Both the position numbers and the translations under genes were made by a program. Shown piece by piece: positions 25,011 to 38,469 of a DNA stretch of 64,000 bases; position 1 is the stretch's first letter, and every line of letters starts with the position of its first letter. The stretch covers positions 189,908,001 to 189,972,000 of the forward strand of contig NC_086097.1 of NCBI RefSeq assembly GCF_963921235.1, in the 5' to 3' direction. The DNA is from Mobula hypostoma (lineage: Eukaryota). Below the pieces are notes generated by a model that searched no databases, had not been told where the DNA came from, and was given only the letters and a program-made list of their open reading frames with translations.

Positions 25011-25773
25011 TTATTATCTAAATGGAGTCAAGTTAGGAAAAGGGGAAGTACAACAAGATCTAGGTGTTCTTGTACATCAGTCACTGAAAGCAAGCATGCA
25101 GGTACAGCAGGCAGTGAAGAAAACTAATGGCATGCTGGCCTTCATAACAAGGGGAATTAGGTATAGGAGCAAAGAGGTCCTTCTGCAGCTGTACAGGGCC
25201 CTGGTGAGACCACACCTGGAGTATTGTGTGCAGTTTTGGTCTCCAAATTTGAGGAAGGACATTCTTGCTATTGAGGGAGTGCAGCATAGGTTCACAAGGT
25301 TAATTCCTGGGATGGTGGGACTGTCATATGTTGAAAGATTGGAGCGACTGGGCTTGTATACATTGGAATTTAGAAGGATGAGAGGGGATCTGATTGAAAC
25401 ATATAAGATTATTAAGGGTTTGGACACGCTGGAGGCTGGAAGCATGTTCCTCCTAATGGGCGAGTCCAGAACCAGAGGCCACAGTTTAAGAATAAGGGGT
25501 AGGCCATTTAGAACGGAGTTGAGGAAAAACTTTTTCACCCAGAGAGTGGTGGCTATGTGGAATGCTCTGCCCCAGAAGGCAGTGGAGGCCAAGTCTCTGG
25601 ATGCTTTCAAGAAAGAGATGGATAGAGCTCTTAAAGATAGTGGAATCAAAGGTTATGGGGATAAGGCAGGAACTGGATACTGATTGTGGATGATCAGCCA
25701 TGATCACAGTGAATGGCGGTGCTGGCTCGAAGGGCTGAATGGCCTACTCCTGCACCGATTGTCTATTGTCTAT
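25011..25773 (+). mobile_element. Young CR1 3' fragment inserted in the Gypsy integrase zinc-binding region
   Basis: Uninterrupted ORF to 25683 (DLGVLV...VRPHLEYCVQFWSP...TRGHSLRI...GIKGYG); (gtctatt)n tail. Host frame WPRMGQ|DLENKVKSC rejoins across a shared tga. Confidence 0.95.
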
Positions 25774-25776
25774 TGA

Positions 25777-27285
25777 CCCATTCTTGGCCACCAAACGTAG
25801 GATCTTGTAAGGCTTTTCATTCGAGACACCCCTGGATGAGTCTCATGAATTTCCTCCACAATCTGTGAACTGCCGGGGGAGGCACGATAACCCTTGCCCC
25901 CCAGAAAATGCAGCCGTCCTGCAGACTCAGTTCTGTCTTGCGTTTGGCATAATGCCTGATTTCCTCTCCTTCCACGACTCTGGGCCAAACATTGTAAAAG
26001 ACAAGTCTTGACTTGGGACAGGACTGGGTCCCTCTCTGTCCACTGCCTGATCTGGGTCGCCTTTACAGGTGTCTCTGACAGCCTCTCCAATGAAAACATA
26101 TTCTTTGTAGGCACACATGTAGTAGGAGGTGTCTCAGGTAAAGGTAGCCGACTCAGTGCATCGGCGTTTGCATTATCCCCACCCGCTCTGTACACTATAG
26201 CATATTGGTAGGCTGACAATGTGAGAGCCCAACACTGTATCCTGGCTGAGGCTAGCGGTGGGATGCATCTAGTCTCACTGAACAGGCTCATCAGTGGTTT
26301 ATGGTCCATATAAATTGTAAATACGCATCCATGAATGTACTGATGAAAGCGTTTGACCGCAAAAACAATGGCCAGACCTTCCTTGTCTAGCTGTGAATAA
26401 CCCTTCTCAGCAGCTGTCAGGGTACGTGAAGCAAAACCAATAGGCTTCTCTGAACGGTCCTCCATTACATGTGAGAGAATTGGCCCGACTCCATCGGGCG
26501 AGGCATCGCATGGAAGGGTGATCTCCTTGTCTGGGTCATAGTGAACAAGCAGCTTCGCTGAGTGGAGGAGTTCTTTCACTTCCTTGAAAGCTTTCTCCTG
26601 CTCTTCACCCCACTGCCACTTAACGTCGTTGTGAAGCAGCTTATACAGTGGGGTCAAAACCCTTGAGGGGTCAGGAAGAAACTTGCCATAATAATTGACC
26701 ATGCTCAAAAATGATCTGAGTTCCGTGACGGTCTTAGGGCTTGGGGTCTCCTTAATAGCTCTCACTTTGTCCTCCACAGGGCAAAGCCCCTCAGCTGTGA
26801 TCTTGTGTCCCAGGTAAGTCACACTCGATGCCAGAAACACACATTTTCCGCATTTTAACCGCAGCCTTGCGTCTGAGAGCCTCTTCAGCATCCGATCTAA
26901 ATTAGCCAGATGCTCCACCTCTGTAGCCCCTGTGATCAAAATATTATCAAGATACACTGCTGCGTGCGGAATCCCCTGCAGAAAAGTGTCCATTGTCCTT
27001 TGGAAAATGGCAGGGCTGGACGCCACTCCAAACACCAAGCTATTGTACTTGAATAATCTCTTGTGCGTATTAATTGTGACGTACTCCTCTGAATCCTCGT
27101 CGAGCAGCAGCTATTGGTAGACGTGGCTCATGTCCAGCTTTGTGAACAGCTTACCCCCTGACAGGGTCACAAACAGGTCATCCACCCGTGGCAATGGGTA
27201 CTCCTCCAGCCCAGAGACCTGATTTACCGTAAGCTTATAATCCCCACATATCCTCATTGTTTTGTCTGCCTTCAAAATTGGAACC
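25777..27285 (-). pseudogene. Gypsy RT/RNase H (decayed)
   Basis: RICGDYKLTVN, YPLPRVDDLF, FGVASSPAIFQ, VYLDNIL (YLDD mutated), CDASPDGVG, YSQLDKEGLA, DHKPL, NANADALSRLP. Confidence 0.9.
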
Positions 27286-27959
27286 TTTCCTCATACTCCG
27301 GCCAGTCCTCCGTTAACTCCACAAATTCAACGATAGTCCCAAATGTGGCCATCTGAATGTGAGGCTCCTTATTGGCGCTGCTGCTCCCGTTCGAAAATGT
27401 GCCGACACGTCCACAAAACCGGTTTACCTCGTCGCCAAAAATATGTAGTAACTTCTACCTTGAAAAAGGCACACTCGACAACTTTATGTCCAAAGAAACA
27501 ACTTCATCTCGAACGACAAAACCGTTATGTATATACAGAGGTTTTCACAACCTATACGGCATGACGGGAACACTATATACAGAGCACCGGAAGTAAAAAG
27601 AACAGAAGTAAAACCCCTACCCCCCATTATTCTAATTAGTATTAACTTACTTTTAATAATGCTCACATTACAACAGTAGCCTTGGTAGCTAATAAAGTAT
27701 GATCACTAATGGAATTGGATAAGGTCACCCTCAATAACTCAACAAAAGGGTGTATTATTACTAGTTGATGGGGAGGGATAGTTTTATTAATTCAGGTTTT
27801 AGTGGTTGTCTTGGTACTGGGTATGTAGGCACAGTAACCATGGTTAATTTTGATTGTTGCAATTTGATTGTAGTGATTGCTTTGAGTTTAATACTCATGA
27901 GTTGCTAGAATGAGTAGCTGGAGGTAAAATCACTAATCAGAGATACAGTTGGTAGGTGG

Positions 27960-28600
27960 GGGTGACTGACATTTAGCAATATTCAAAAGGACTCCAATTA
28001 TCTCTGAACTGGAATCAAGGCACCCACATACTCTGTCCTTAATTATAGACTCATGAAAATTTCTGACAATAGTTTTTAGTCTGATAGGAATATAATTTTT
28101 CGGTTTCCTCCCATGACCTTTATTAGATAGTAGAGTAACATCCAGCATTTAAAGAACAAGATTTTTTTTTATTCTTGAGTTTTCTGAAGATTAAAATAAA
28201 GGCAGCTGCAGTAATTTTACCAATTTATTTAAAAAATATTTTTAGCCCTGAAAGTTGTTTACTTCTTGTACCATAATTTTCTTCATTATCGTTCATTTGT
28301 TGAACCCTCGACCCTAATTCAGAGTTAATATTCCTATAAATTGATATGCCAAGCTCTTCCTTCAAATGCAGATGCAAAGTAATAATTGAATATTCCTGCT
28401 AATATTCTCATTCACAATACTGCAGCTCATAGTTTAAGGGGCTCACATTGCTTGTCACTGCCCTTATTTCCCTAACATAATTGCAAAACTTTGGTTGTTT
28501 TTGAGATTCCTTACTTGTTTCCTTTCAAACTTTTGCTGCTCCTAGTGTCTGCCTTGTCACATTTTATTATTCCCTGAACCTCTTTAGTTACATGTATTCA
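27960..28600 (-). mobile_element. Very old CR1 fragment
   Basis: Weak NYIPIRLKTIVRNFHESIIKD, similar to the CR1 motif NYRPVSLTSVVGKMLESIIKD. Confidence 0.45.
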
Positions 28601-28609
28601 CGTTTCTGT

Positions 28610-30645
28610 GACTTTGTGTATATTCCTGGATTTCAGTGCTTTAAAAGGGATAGAGAGGTCAGAAAAGGGGGAGGAGGGGTTGGCATTACTGGTCAGGGAT
28701 ACTATTACAGCTACAGAAAGGGTGGGTAATGTAGCAGGATCCTCTTTTGAGTCAATATGGGTGGAAGTCAGGAACAGGAAGGGAGTAGTTACTCTATTGG
28801 GGGTATTCTATAGGCACCCTGGTAGCAGCAGAGATACATAGGAGCAGATTGGGAGGCAGATTTTGGAAAGGTGCAAAAATAACAGGGTTGTTATCATGGA
28901 TGACTTTAATTTCCCTAATATTGATTGGCACCTGATTAGTTCCAAGGGTTTAGATGGGGCAGAGTTTGTTCAGTGTGTCCAGGATGGATTCCTGCCACAG
29001 TATGTGGACAGGCCGACCAGGGAGAATGCCATACTAGATCTAGTACGAGGTAACGAACCGGGTCAGGTCACAGATCTCTCAGTGGGTGAGCATCTGGGGG
29101 ACAGTGACCACCACTCTCTGGCCTTTAGCATTATCATGGAAAAGGATAGAATCAGAGAGGATAGGAAAATTTTTAATTGGGGAAAGGCAAATTATGAGGC
29201 TATAAGGCTAGAACTTGCAGGTGTGAATTGGGATGATGTTTTTGCAGGGAAATGCACTATGGACATGTGGTCGATGTTTAGAGATCTCTTGCGGGATGTT
29301 AGGGATAAATTTGTCCCGGTGAGGAAGATAAAGAATGGTAGGGTGAAGGAACCATGGGTGACAAGTCAGGTGGAAGAAGGCAGCATACATGAGGATTAGG
29401 AAGCAAGGATCAGAGGGGTCTATTGAGGAATATAGGGAAGCAAGAAAGGAGCTTAAGAAGGGGCTGAAAGAGCAAGAAGGGGGTATGAGAAGGCCTTGGT
29501 GAGTAGGGTAAAGGAAAACCCCAAGACCTGATTCAATTATGTGAAGAAAAAAAGGATGACAGGAGTGAAGGTAGGACAGATTAGAGATAAAGGTGGGAAG
29601 ATGTGCCTGGAGGCTGTGGAAGTGAGCGAGGTCCTCAATGAATACTTCTCTTCGGTATTCACCAATGGGAGGGAACTTGATGATGGTGAGGACAATATGA
29701 GTGAGGTTGATGTTCTGGAGCATGTTGATACTAAGGGAGAGGAGGTGTTGGAGTTGTTAAAATACATTAGGACAGATAAGTCCCTGGGGCCTGACGGAAT
29801 ATTCCCCAGGCTGCTCCACGAGGCAAGGGAAGAGATTGCTGAGCCTCTGGCTAGGATCTTTATGTCCTCGTTGTCCACGGGAATGGTACTGGAGGATTGG
29901 AGGGAAACGAATGTTGTCCCCTTGTTCAAAAAAGATAGAAGGGATAGTCCGGGTAATTATAGACCAGTGAGCCTTACGTCTGTGGTGGGAAAGCTGTTGG
30001 AAAAGATTCTTAGAGATAGGATCTATGGGCATTTAGAGAATCATGGTCGAGGGATAGAGTTTAAGAGTCACGATGTAATGATGCAGCTCTATAAAACTCT
30101 GGTTAGGCCACATTTGGAGTACTGTGGTCCAGTTCTGGTCACCTCACTATAGGAAGGATGTGAAAACATTGGAAAGGGTACAGAGGAGATTTACCAGGAT
30201 GCTGCCTGGTTTAGAAAGTATGCATTATGATCAGAGATTAAGGGAGCTAGGGCTTTACTCTTTGGAGAGAAGGAGGATGAGAGGAGACATGATAGAGGTG
30301 TACAAGTTAATAAGAGGAATAGATAGAGTGGATAGCCAGCGCCTCTTCCCCAGGACACCACTGCTCAATACAAGAGGACATGGCTTTAAGGTAAGGGGTG
30401 GGAAGTTCAAGGGGGATATTAGAGGAAGGTTTTTTACTCAGAGAGTGGTTGGTGCGTGGAATGCACTGCCTGGGTCAGTGGTGGAGGCAGATACACTAGT
30501 GAAGTTTAAGAGACTACTGGACAGGTATATGGAGAAATTTCAGGTGGGGGCTTATATGAGAGGCAGGGTTTGAGGGTCGGCACAACATTGGGACCGAAGA
30601 GTCTGTACTGTGCTGTACTATTCTATGTTCTATGTTCTGTTCTAT
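28610..30645 (+). mobile_element. Young CR1 LINE (EN plus ORF2 ends) lacking the RT core
   Basis: Endonuclease motifs ESIWVEVRN, MDDFNFPNIDW, LGDSDH. In-frame junction GHLENHG|RGIEFKS at ~30048; (ttctatg)n tail. Confidence 0.93.
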
Positions 30646-30959
30646 GTATGTCTTTTGATATTACTTATCTCCTTGGCAGGGCCTCTGGTTGGTGTTTCTG
30701 ACAAGCTGAGCTCTTGCGACCAAGGTATAAATTGACTTTGCATCACTTTAATATCTTATGATCTCACCTACTGAGCTTCTAATGTTTTAGACATGGACGT
30801 ATTTTACCTGTTCTCTCCTGAAATAAAGTAAATTCAGTCTTCACTAAATTTAGTACGCTGAGGAATGTTCTGTGTTTCTTTCAAAAGCTACTCAGTGCTC
30901 GATCATCTATGTGTGAAATGTTCACAAATCTGGTTCGATGCTCACTCTCATATTGACTG

Positions 30960-31056
30960 TCAGGGGCTGAGAGGAAAAATGGATCAGCCATGATGAAATG
31001 GTAGAGCAGACTCGATGGACCAAATGGCCTAATTCTCTTCCTATGTCTTATGGTCC
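30960..31056 (+). mobile_element. Short CR1 3' tail
   Basis: ggatcagccatgatgaaatggtagagcagactcgatgg...cctatgtcttatggtc. Confidence 0.75.
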
Positions 31057-31644
31057 AATGCTTATGAAAGTTAATGTCGATTTTTTAATCTCCCAGTACA
31101 ATTAACCTACTGTTGCTTCATACTTTTCTAATCTCTTCATTACAGTATTCTGTCATTTCCCTACCAGAGGACCAATGCACAATAATAGAACAGGAAATGC
31201 TAGAAAAAACAGCAAGTCAGTTATCATCTGTGTGGAGAGAAATGATTAACTTTATAGGTTGAGCATTCTGTATCAGAACAGTGTTGCTTGACCTGCTGAG
31301 TTTCTCTAGCATTATATTTCAGATTTCCAGATCTAACTTTTTTTTAAAGACTTTCAGGACCATTACGCAACTTCACTAACAAAGTCTTAAATTCATTTCA
31401 GTTCTTTAAATCAACCAATGAAGTCTTCACTGACAACTCTCCTCTTGTTAGAACCTCTCAGTCATTAGTGTTACTCCTCTTGCTATACAAGATCACCAAC
31501 CAGTCCTTAGCCTTCATAATCTGGTATATCTAGTCCCAAATCTCAATCACCTTGAGGCTTTGTCCATAATCAATTATTGTATTCTCACTTTCACAGAGGA
31601 GGAAAAAAATTCAGAGGCAGTGTACAATATTCAGATGCAATAGG

Positions 31645-31760
31645 AAATCTGCAGCATCTATAAGGTAAATGAAAAATTGACATTTTGGGTTGAGACCCTT
31701 CCTCAGGTCTGAGTACTTCTGGCATATTTTGTGTTGCTCTAGATTTCTATTAACTGCAGT
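31645..31760. mobile_element. Short Penelope-terminus derivative with decayed hammerhead
   Basis: Minus strand ctgaggaagggtctcaacccaaaatgtc (31676-31710), flanked by oppositely oriented terminal fragments. Confidence 0.55.
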
Positions 31761-32547
31761 CTTTGTTGTGTCTCTACAATGGTCAATTGTCATTGTATTC
31801 TAATTTTTAGCAAGTACATTTGGAGCTGAACTTCTAACCCTTATTTTAAATTGCAGATTATTGCCCATGATTTACTATTAATATAATGTCTGATAATAGC
31901 ACTTATTGTTATTTATAGACAAGTGCTATAGCTAACCCAGCAGATGAAGTAAGTTTCATGACAAAACACGGGAATCACAGACAGTTGTCCAGAATGCACC
32001 ACTCTGCCACCAACTCAAAAAAGCATCATTTTGTATGTACATCTTTGTCATAATCAAACACCACGAAGTTGTATTGCATGGTAGATAACAAATAAGTACA
32101 TCACAGAAAGTTAAATCATGTTCAATTTATCCTTTGTAATATATAAATGTTGCTTCTCAGTTTCTCTGCACAGCCAACTTCACAATTGATGTTTTCTTTA
32201 GAAGTCTCCCTATTGCTCAGATCCCAAATGACTAAGATTCTCATTACAATATTATCAGCTCCTGCTTCCATCATAATGAGTGTTGATGCAGGGTCCTAAC
32301 CTGAAATATTGAACACGTCTTTGCCTCCACAGATGTTGATCAACAACTTGTTTCTATTTTGCTCCAGATTAGAGTACCTGAATTCTCCTCTATACACATT
32401 TTCCATCATTTTGCCATGCAAAAGAAAATTAAAACCTAAGCATGCAATGAAACATCTAACAGATTTCAGATATCTTATCGCAGCAAAGTTTGCCAAAGTA
32501 ACATAGATATGAGCTTGCCTGCTAAATACTGATTTTGATGACAGGGT

Positions 32548-35500
32548 TAGAACATAGAAATCTACAGCACATGACAGGTCCTTTGGCCCACAATTTTGTG
32601 CTGACCATGTAACCTACTCTAGAAATTGCCTAGAATTCCCTTACTGCATAGCCCTCTATTTTCCTAAGCTCCGTGTACATACCTAACAGTCTCTTAAAAG
32701 ATCCTATTGTATCCGCCTCTACCACCGTTACTGGCAGTGCATTCCATGCACACTCCACACCCTGTATAGAAAAACTTGCCCCTGACATCCCTTCTGTACC
32801 TTCTTCCAAACACCTTAAAACTATGCCCTCTCATGTTAATTATTTCAGCCCTGAGAAAAAGCCTCTGACTATCCACATGATCAATGCCTCTCAACATCTT
32901 ATACCCCTCTATCAGGTCACCTCTCATCCTCCGTCACTCCAAGGAGAAAAGCTAAGTTCTCATAAGGTATGCTCTCCAATCCAAGCAACATCTTTGCAAA
33001 TCTCCTCTGCACTCTCTCTATAGTATTCATATCCTTCTTGTAGTGAGATGACCAGAACTGAACACAGCACTTCAAGTGGGGTCTGACCAAGACCTTATAC
33101 AGCTGTAAGATTACCTCACAGCTCTTGAATGCATTTCCATGGTTGATGAAGGCCAACACACCATATACCTTCTTAATAACACTATCAACCTGCATAGCAG
33201 CTTTGAATGTCCTGTGGACAGGGACCCCAAGATCTCTCTGATCTTCCACACTGCCAAGAGTCTTACTATCAATATTACATTCTGTCTTCAAATTTGACTA
33301 CCAAAATGAACCACTTCACACTTATCTGGGTTGAACTTTATTTGCCACTTCTCATCCCAGTTTTGTATCCTATTGTCCCGCTGTAACCTATGACAACCCT
33401 CCAACCTTTGTGTCATCAGCAAACTTACTGCCCACCCTTCTATTTCTTCACCCAGGTCATTTATAAAAATCACAAGGAGGAGGGGTCCCAGAACTATTCC
33501 CTGTGGAACACCACTGGTCACCAACCTCCATGCAGCATACAAACAATCTATAACCACCGTTTGCCTTGTGTGGGCAAGCCAATTCTGGATCCACAAAGCA
33601 AGATCTCCTTGGATCCCATGCCTCCTTTCTTTCTGAATGAGACTTGCATAGGGAACCTTATCAAATCCCTACTAAAATCCATATACACTACATCCACTGC
33701 TCTACCTTCATCAAGGTGCTTTGTTACATCCTCAAAGAAGGATCATGGAAACTGTACAGATTGAAAAGGAGGAAGTGCTTGCTGTCTTGAGGAAAATTAA
33801 AGTGGATAAATCCCTGGGACCTGACAGGGTGTTCCCTTGGACCTTAAGGGAGACTAGTGTTGAAATTGCAGGGGCCCTGGCAGAAATATTTAAAATGTCG
33901 CTGTCTACAGGTGAGGTGCTGGAGGATTGGAGAGTGGCTCATGTTGTTCCGTTGTTTAAAAAAGGATCGAAATTTAATCCGGGAAATTATAGGCCGGTAA
34001 GTTTAACGTCGGTAGTATGTAAGTTATTGGAGGGAGTACTAAGAGACAGAATCTACAAGCATTTGGATAGACAGGGACTTATTAGGGAGAGTCAACATGG
34101 CTTTGTGCGTGGTAGGTCATGTTTGACCAATCTATTGGAGTTTTTCGAGGAGGTTACCAGGAAAGTGGATGAAGGGAAGGCAGAGGATATTGTCTACATG
34201 GACATCAGTAAGGCCTTTGACAAGATCCCGCATGGGAGGTTAGTTAGGAAAATTCAGTTGCTAGGTATATACGGAGAGGTGGTAAATTGGATTAGACATT
34301 GGCTCAATGGAAGAAGCCAAAGAGTGGTAGTAGAGAATTGCTTCTCTGAGTGGAGGCCTGTGACTAGTGGTGTGCCACAGGGATCAGTGCTGGGTCCATT
34401 GTTATTTGTCATCTATATCAATGATCTGGATGATAATGTGGTAAATTGGATCAGCAAATTTGCTGACGATACAAAGATTGGAGGTGTAGTAGACAGTGAA
34501 GAAGGTTTTCAGAGCCTGCAGAGGGACTTGGACCAGCTGGAAAAATGGGCTGAAAAATGGCAGATGGAGTTTAATACAGGCAAGCGTGAGGTATTGCACG
34601 TTGGAAGGACAAACCAAGGTAGAACATACAGGGTTAATGGTAAGGCACTGAGGGGTGCAGTAGAACAGAGGGATCTGGGAATACAGATACAAAATTCCCT
34701 AAAAGTGGCATCACAGGTAGATAGGGTCATAAAGAGAGCTTTTGGTACATTAGCCTTTATTAATCAAAGTATTGAGTATAAGAGCTGGAATGCTATGATG
34801 AGGTTGTATAAGGCATTGGTGAGGCCGAATCTGGAGTATTGTGTTCAGTTTTGGTCACCAAATTACAGGAAGGATATAAATAAGGTTGAAAGAGTGCAGA
34901 GAAGGTTTACAAGGATGTTGCCGGGACTTGAGATACTCAGTTACAGAGAAAGGTTGAATAGGTTAGGACTTTATTCCCTGGAGCGTAGAAGAATGAGGGG
35001 AGATTTGATAGAGGTATATAAAATTATGATGGGTATAGATAGAGTGAATGCAAGCAGGCTTTTTCCACTGAGGCAAGGGGAGAAAAAAACCAGAGGACAT
35101 GGGTTAAGGGTGAGGGGGGAAAAGTTTAAAGGGAATATTAGGGGGGGGCTTCTTCACACAGAGAGTGGAGGGAGTATGGAATGAGCTGCCAGACGAGGTG
35201 GTAAATGCGGGTTCTTTTTTAACATTTAAGAATAAGTTGGACAGATACATGGATGGGAGGTGTATGGAGGGGTATGGTCAAAACCAAGAAGGGCCAAAAA
35301 GCCTGTTTCTGTGCTGTAGTTTTTCTATGGTTTCTATGGTTTTTCTAAGGTTTCTAAGGCACAACCTGCCCATGCTGACTATCCCTAATCAGATTATGTC
35401 TCTCCAAACTCTCATAAATCCTGCCTCTCAGGATCTCCAATTACTTGGCCACTACTGAAGTAAGACTCACTGGTCTATAATTTCCTGGGTTATCCCTACT

Positions 35501-36355
35501 CCCTTTCCTGAACAAGGGAACAACATTTGCAACCATCCAATCCTTTAGTACTTCTCCCATCCCTATTGATGATGCAAAGATTATCGCCAGAGGCTCAGTA
35601 ATCTTCTCCCTCACTTCCCACAGTAGCCTTGGTTATATCTCGTCCAGTCTCAACAACTTATCTAACTTAGTGCTTTTCAAAAGCTCAAGTACATCCTCTT
35701 TCTTAATGTCTATATGCTCAAGCTCAAGCATTTCAGTCGTAAGTCATCCCCACAACCGCCAAGGTCCTTTTGCCTGGTGAATACTGAAGCAAAGTAGTCA
35801 TTAAATATCTCCGCTACCTCCTCTGACTCCATGCACACGCTTCCACTATTGCACCTTGATTGATCCTATTCTCACACGGCTCATCTCTTGCTCTTCACAT
35901 CCTTGTAGGATGCCTTGGGATTTTCCTTAATCCTGTCCACCAAGGCTTTCTCATGGCCCCTTCTCGCTGTCCTAATTCCATTCTGAAGCTCCTTCCTGGC
36001 AACCTTGTAATTTTCTAGAGCTCTAACAGTATCTTCTTTCTTGAACCTTTCATAAGCTTTTCTTTTCTTCTTAGCTAGATTTTCCATGTCCTTTGTACTC
36101 CATGGTTCTTTTACCCTACCATCCTTTCCCTGCCTCAATGGAACATACTTCTGCAGAATGCCATGCAATGCAAATGCTCCCTGAACATTTGCCACATTTC
36201 TGCCGAGCATCTTCCTGTGGATACCTGCTCCTAACTTACGCTCCCAAGTTCCTGCCTAATAACATCATACTTCCCCATCTCAATTAAATGTTTTCCCAAT
36301 TTGCCTGCTCCTATCTCTTTCCAGCGCTATTGTAAAAGAGATAGAGCTGTGATCA
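32548..36355 (-). mobile_element. Degraded CR1 LINE (host of a younger antisense CR1 at 33740-35346)
   Basis: ORFs 32694-32927, 32917-33291, 33288-33596 (SGVPQGIVLGP) and 35881-36210; (ttctatg)n tail at 32548. Confidence 0.9.
33740..35346 (+). mobile_element. Young CR1 with a largely open RT ORF (33721-35184, 487 aa)
   Basis: All CR1 RT motifs in one frame: NYRPVSLTS, QHGFVRGRSCLTNL, KAFDKIPH, GVPQGSVLGP, KFADDTK, DLGI. Single late frameshift in a G-run; (tttctatgg)n tail. Confidence 0.95.
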
Positions 36356-36959
36356 CAACCCTACATAGGTAAGATATATACAAGTCCAAAGGGACCCTGG
36401 ATGTATTCAATGTGAATTTATTTAAGATTCATAATGTTTAACAGATTCGTGTTGCAGGGGATGCTTTATTTAGCTATTTCAAAGAAGAACAGGATATGCA
36501 GTGATATGAGATTATATAGATAATATACGAAAACTGAATAAATAGTGAAAGATAAGCAGATAAATACACCCATAATCTAAAATGTTTTCAGAAAGCTAAT
36601 TGCCCAGAGTGAATAGATAATAGCTGTAAAGGTTGCAGTGAAAATAAGTAACATTGGAGTTCACAGAATAATTCGAATGTGATGTTATCCTTTGAATGAA
36701 TTATGTATTTTTATCTGATATGAATTGATTAGTTAATTTAAGGATTGGATGATGTGCACAGCACCAGTGTGTAGTGGGACATGCTCATAAACCTCGATAA
36801 ACCGAGGGTTCTGAATTGGCTCACAGCCTCCCTCTGCTGAACAGTGCTGGGACTCAAAGATCATGAGGACTGTATTTCAAGCAGTGATATGTTTAGCATC
36901 AACGCTTTAATGCAATGATGAACAGATCCATCTTCTGCAGAACTGAGCAACGTAATCAG

Positions 36960-37965
36960 CAGGCACGAAACTGTGCACCCTGAAGCCGTCCCTAACAATG
37001 CAATAGTATTCAATCAGGCAGCTTGAAGAAGTCTCTGAACAACCAGCACTGATATATCACCTGTGGAATCAGAGTAGCTTGACCACTGTGATACCACCAC
37101 GAAGAACGTTTACTGTGCCATCCTACGCCCATCCTTTGGAAAGACTGATCACCTGACTGTACTTCTACTCCCGGCGTACAAGCTGATGGTGAAGACGAAG
37201 AAGGTATGGTCAAGGAGGCAGAGGAGCATTTACAGGATTGCTTTGAGTCAGTGGACTAGACAATATTCAGGGATTCATCTTCGAATCTAAACAAATATGC
37301 TGCAGTTGCCACCATCTTCATCAAGACCTGTGTGGATGAGCGTTTCCCTTCAGGAACATACCAGAAGTACCCAAACCAAAAGTCGTGGATAAACTGGGAG
37401 ATTTGTAGTCTGCTGAGGGCTAAATCTGTGGTATTTTAAGACTAGTGATCCAGATATATACAAGCATTCCCAGGTATGACCTAAGGGTAGAAGATCAATT
37501 CTGACTGAGATTAGGGATCAAATCTGGCTTGATTTGCAGGCCATTACTTCCTACAAAGCAAAGCATAACATGTCAGGTATCTAGCAGGGCTCCGAAAACC
37601 TGTGCCAACCAAGTGGTGGGGATATTCAAGGACATCTTCAATCTCTTGCTACTGCATTCACAGGTTCCAAACTGCTTCAAAAGCGCAACAGTCATACCAG
37701 TGCCCAAGAAAGGAAGGATGAACTGCATCAATGACTATCGCCCAGTGGCACTCCCATCAACTGTGATGAAGTGCTTTGAGAGGTTGGTCATAGCTAGAAT
37801 CAACTCCTGTGAAGGCCAGGACTTGCACCCGCTGCAATTTGCCTGTAACCACCATAGATCTACAATGGATGCAATCTCATTGGCTCTGGACTCAGCCTTG
37901 TATCATTTGGTCTATAGCAATACCCACGTCAAGTTGCTATTTATTGACAGTTCAGCATTCAAAAC
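36960..37965 (+). mobile_element. Rex1/Babar-type LINE internal fragment
   Basis: [59 protein letters not shown]. Confidence 0.85.
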
Positions 37966-38469
37966 AAATGAAATGGAACCTCATCTATGTAAAAATCAAA
38001 GCCAATAAATGGATACAAGATAAGCTAGAAGCATTATGAACTGAGGCAATTGCATAGGCGGGAAGATAATCTTCCAGCTTCTCTGAAGAAAACTTCAGCT
38101 TATCATCTGATGAAGATGCAAGTTGATGACTATCTGCAACATACTCACTCCTTTTCTTCCATCATTTCTTTTTCACTTAGTTAAACTTTATGTATAATCT
38201 TATGCCTGGTCAGAAATAGGGCCCAACATGGTTTCAAATCATGCCCTGGAAGAACATGACACCAGTGAACAATGTGACCAGGGGCAACGTCCTTCAGATG
38301 GTTCAAAAAACTACTTTTTTCAGTTCTTTTACATCTTCTTTTTCATTTCAAATGTGGTTCTGCTAGAGTTGGAGCCTGTGATTTACATTTTGGTGGTGTG
38401 TTTTTGGGCTGATTGTGCAATCTGGCACTTTGCTGTCTCCAAGGGTCTTCCATGAGGCTTCGAGTGAAA

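Larger units (their letters stand above)
23822..27675 (-). mobile_element. Gypsy LTR retrotransposon (Mag-like) with both LTRs, gag/protease internally deleted
   Basis: LTRs 23822-24034 and 27444-27675 (TG...CA); 5-bp TSD gtagc (23817-23821, 27676-27680). PBS TGGCGACGAGG (27427-27437, complementary to the tRNA-Ser(GCU) 3' end); PPT aaagagggagaag (24035-24047). RT, RNase H and integrase ORFs present. Confidence 0.95.

Noticed and set aside
33721..35184. 487-aa ORF as a domesticated host gene
   Set aside because: Plain CR1 ORF2 fragment with its own tail, non-ATG start and a frameshift near the end; youth explains the open frame.
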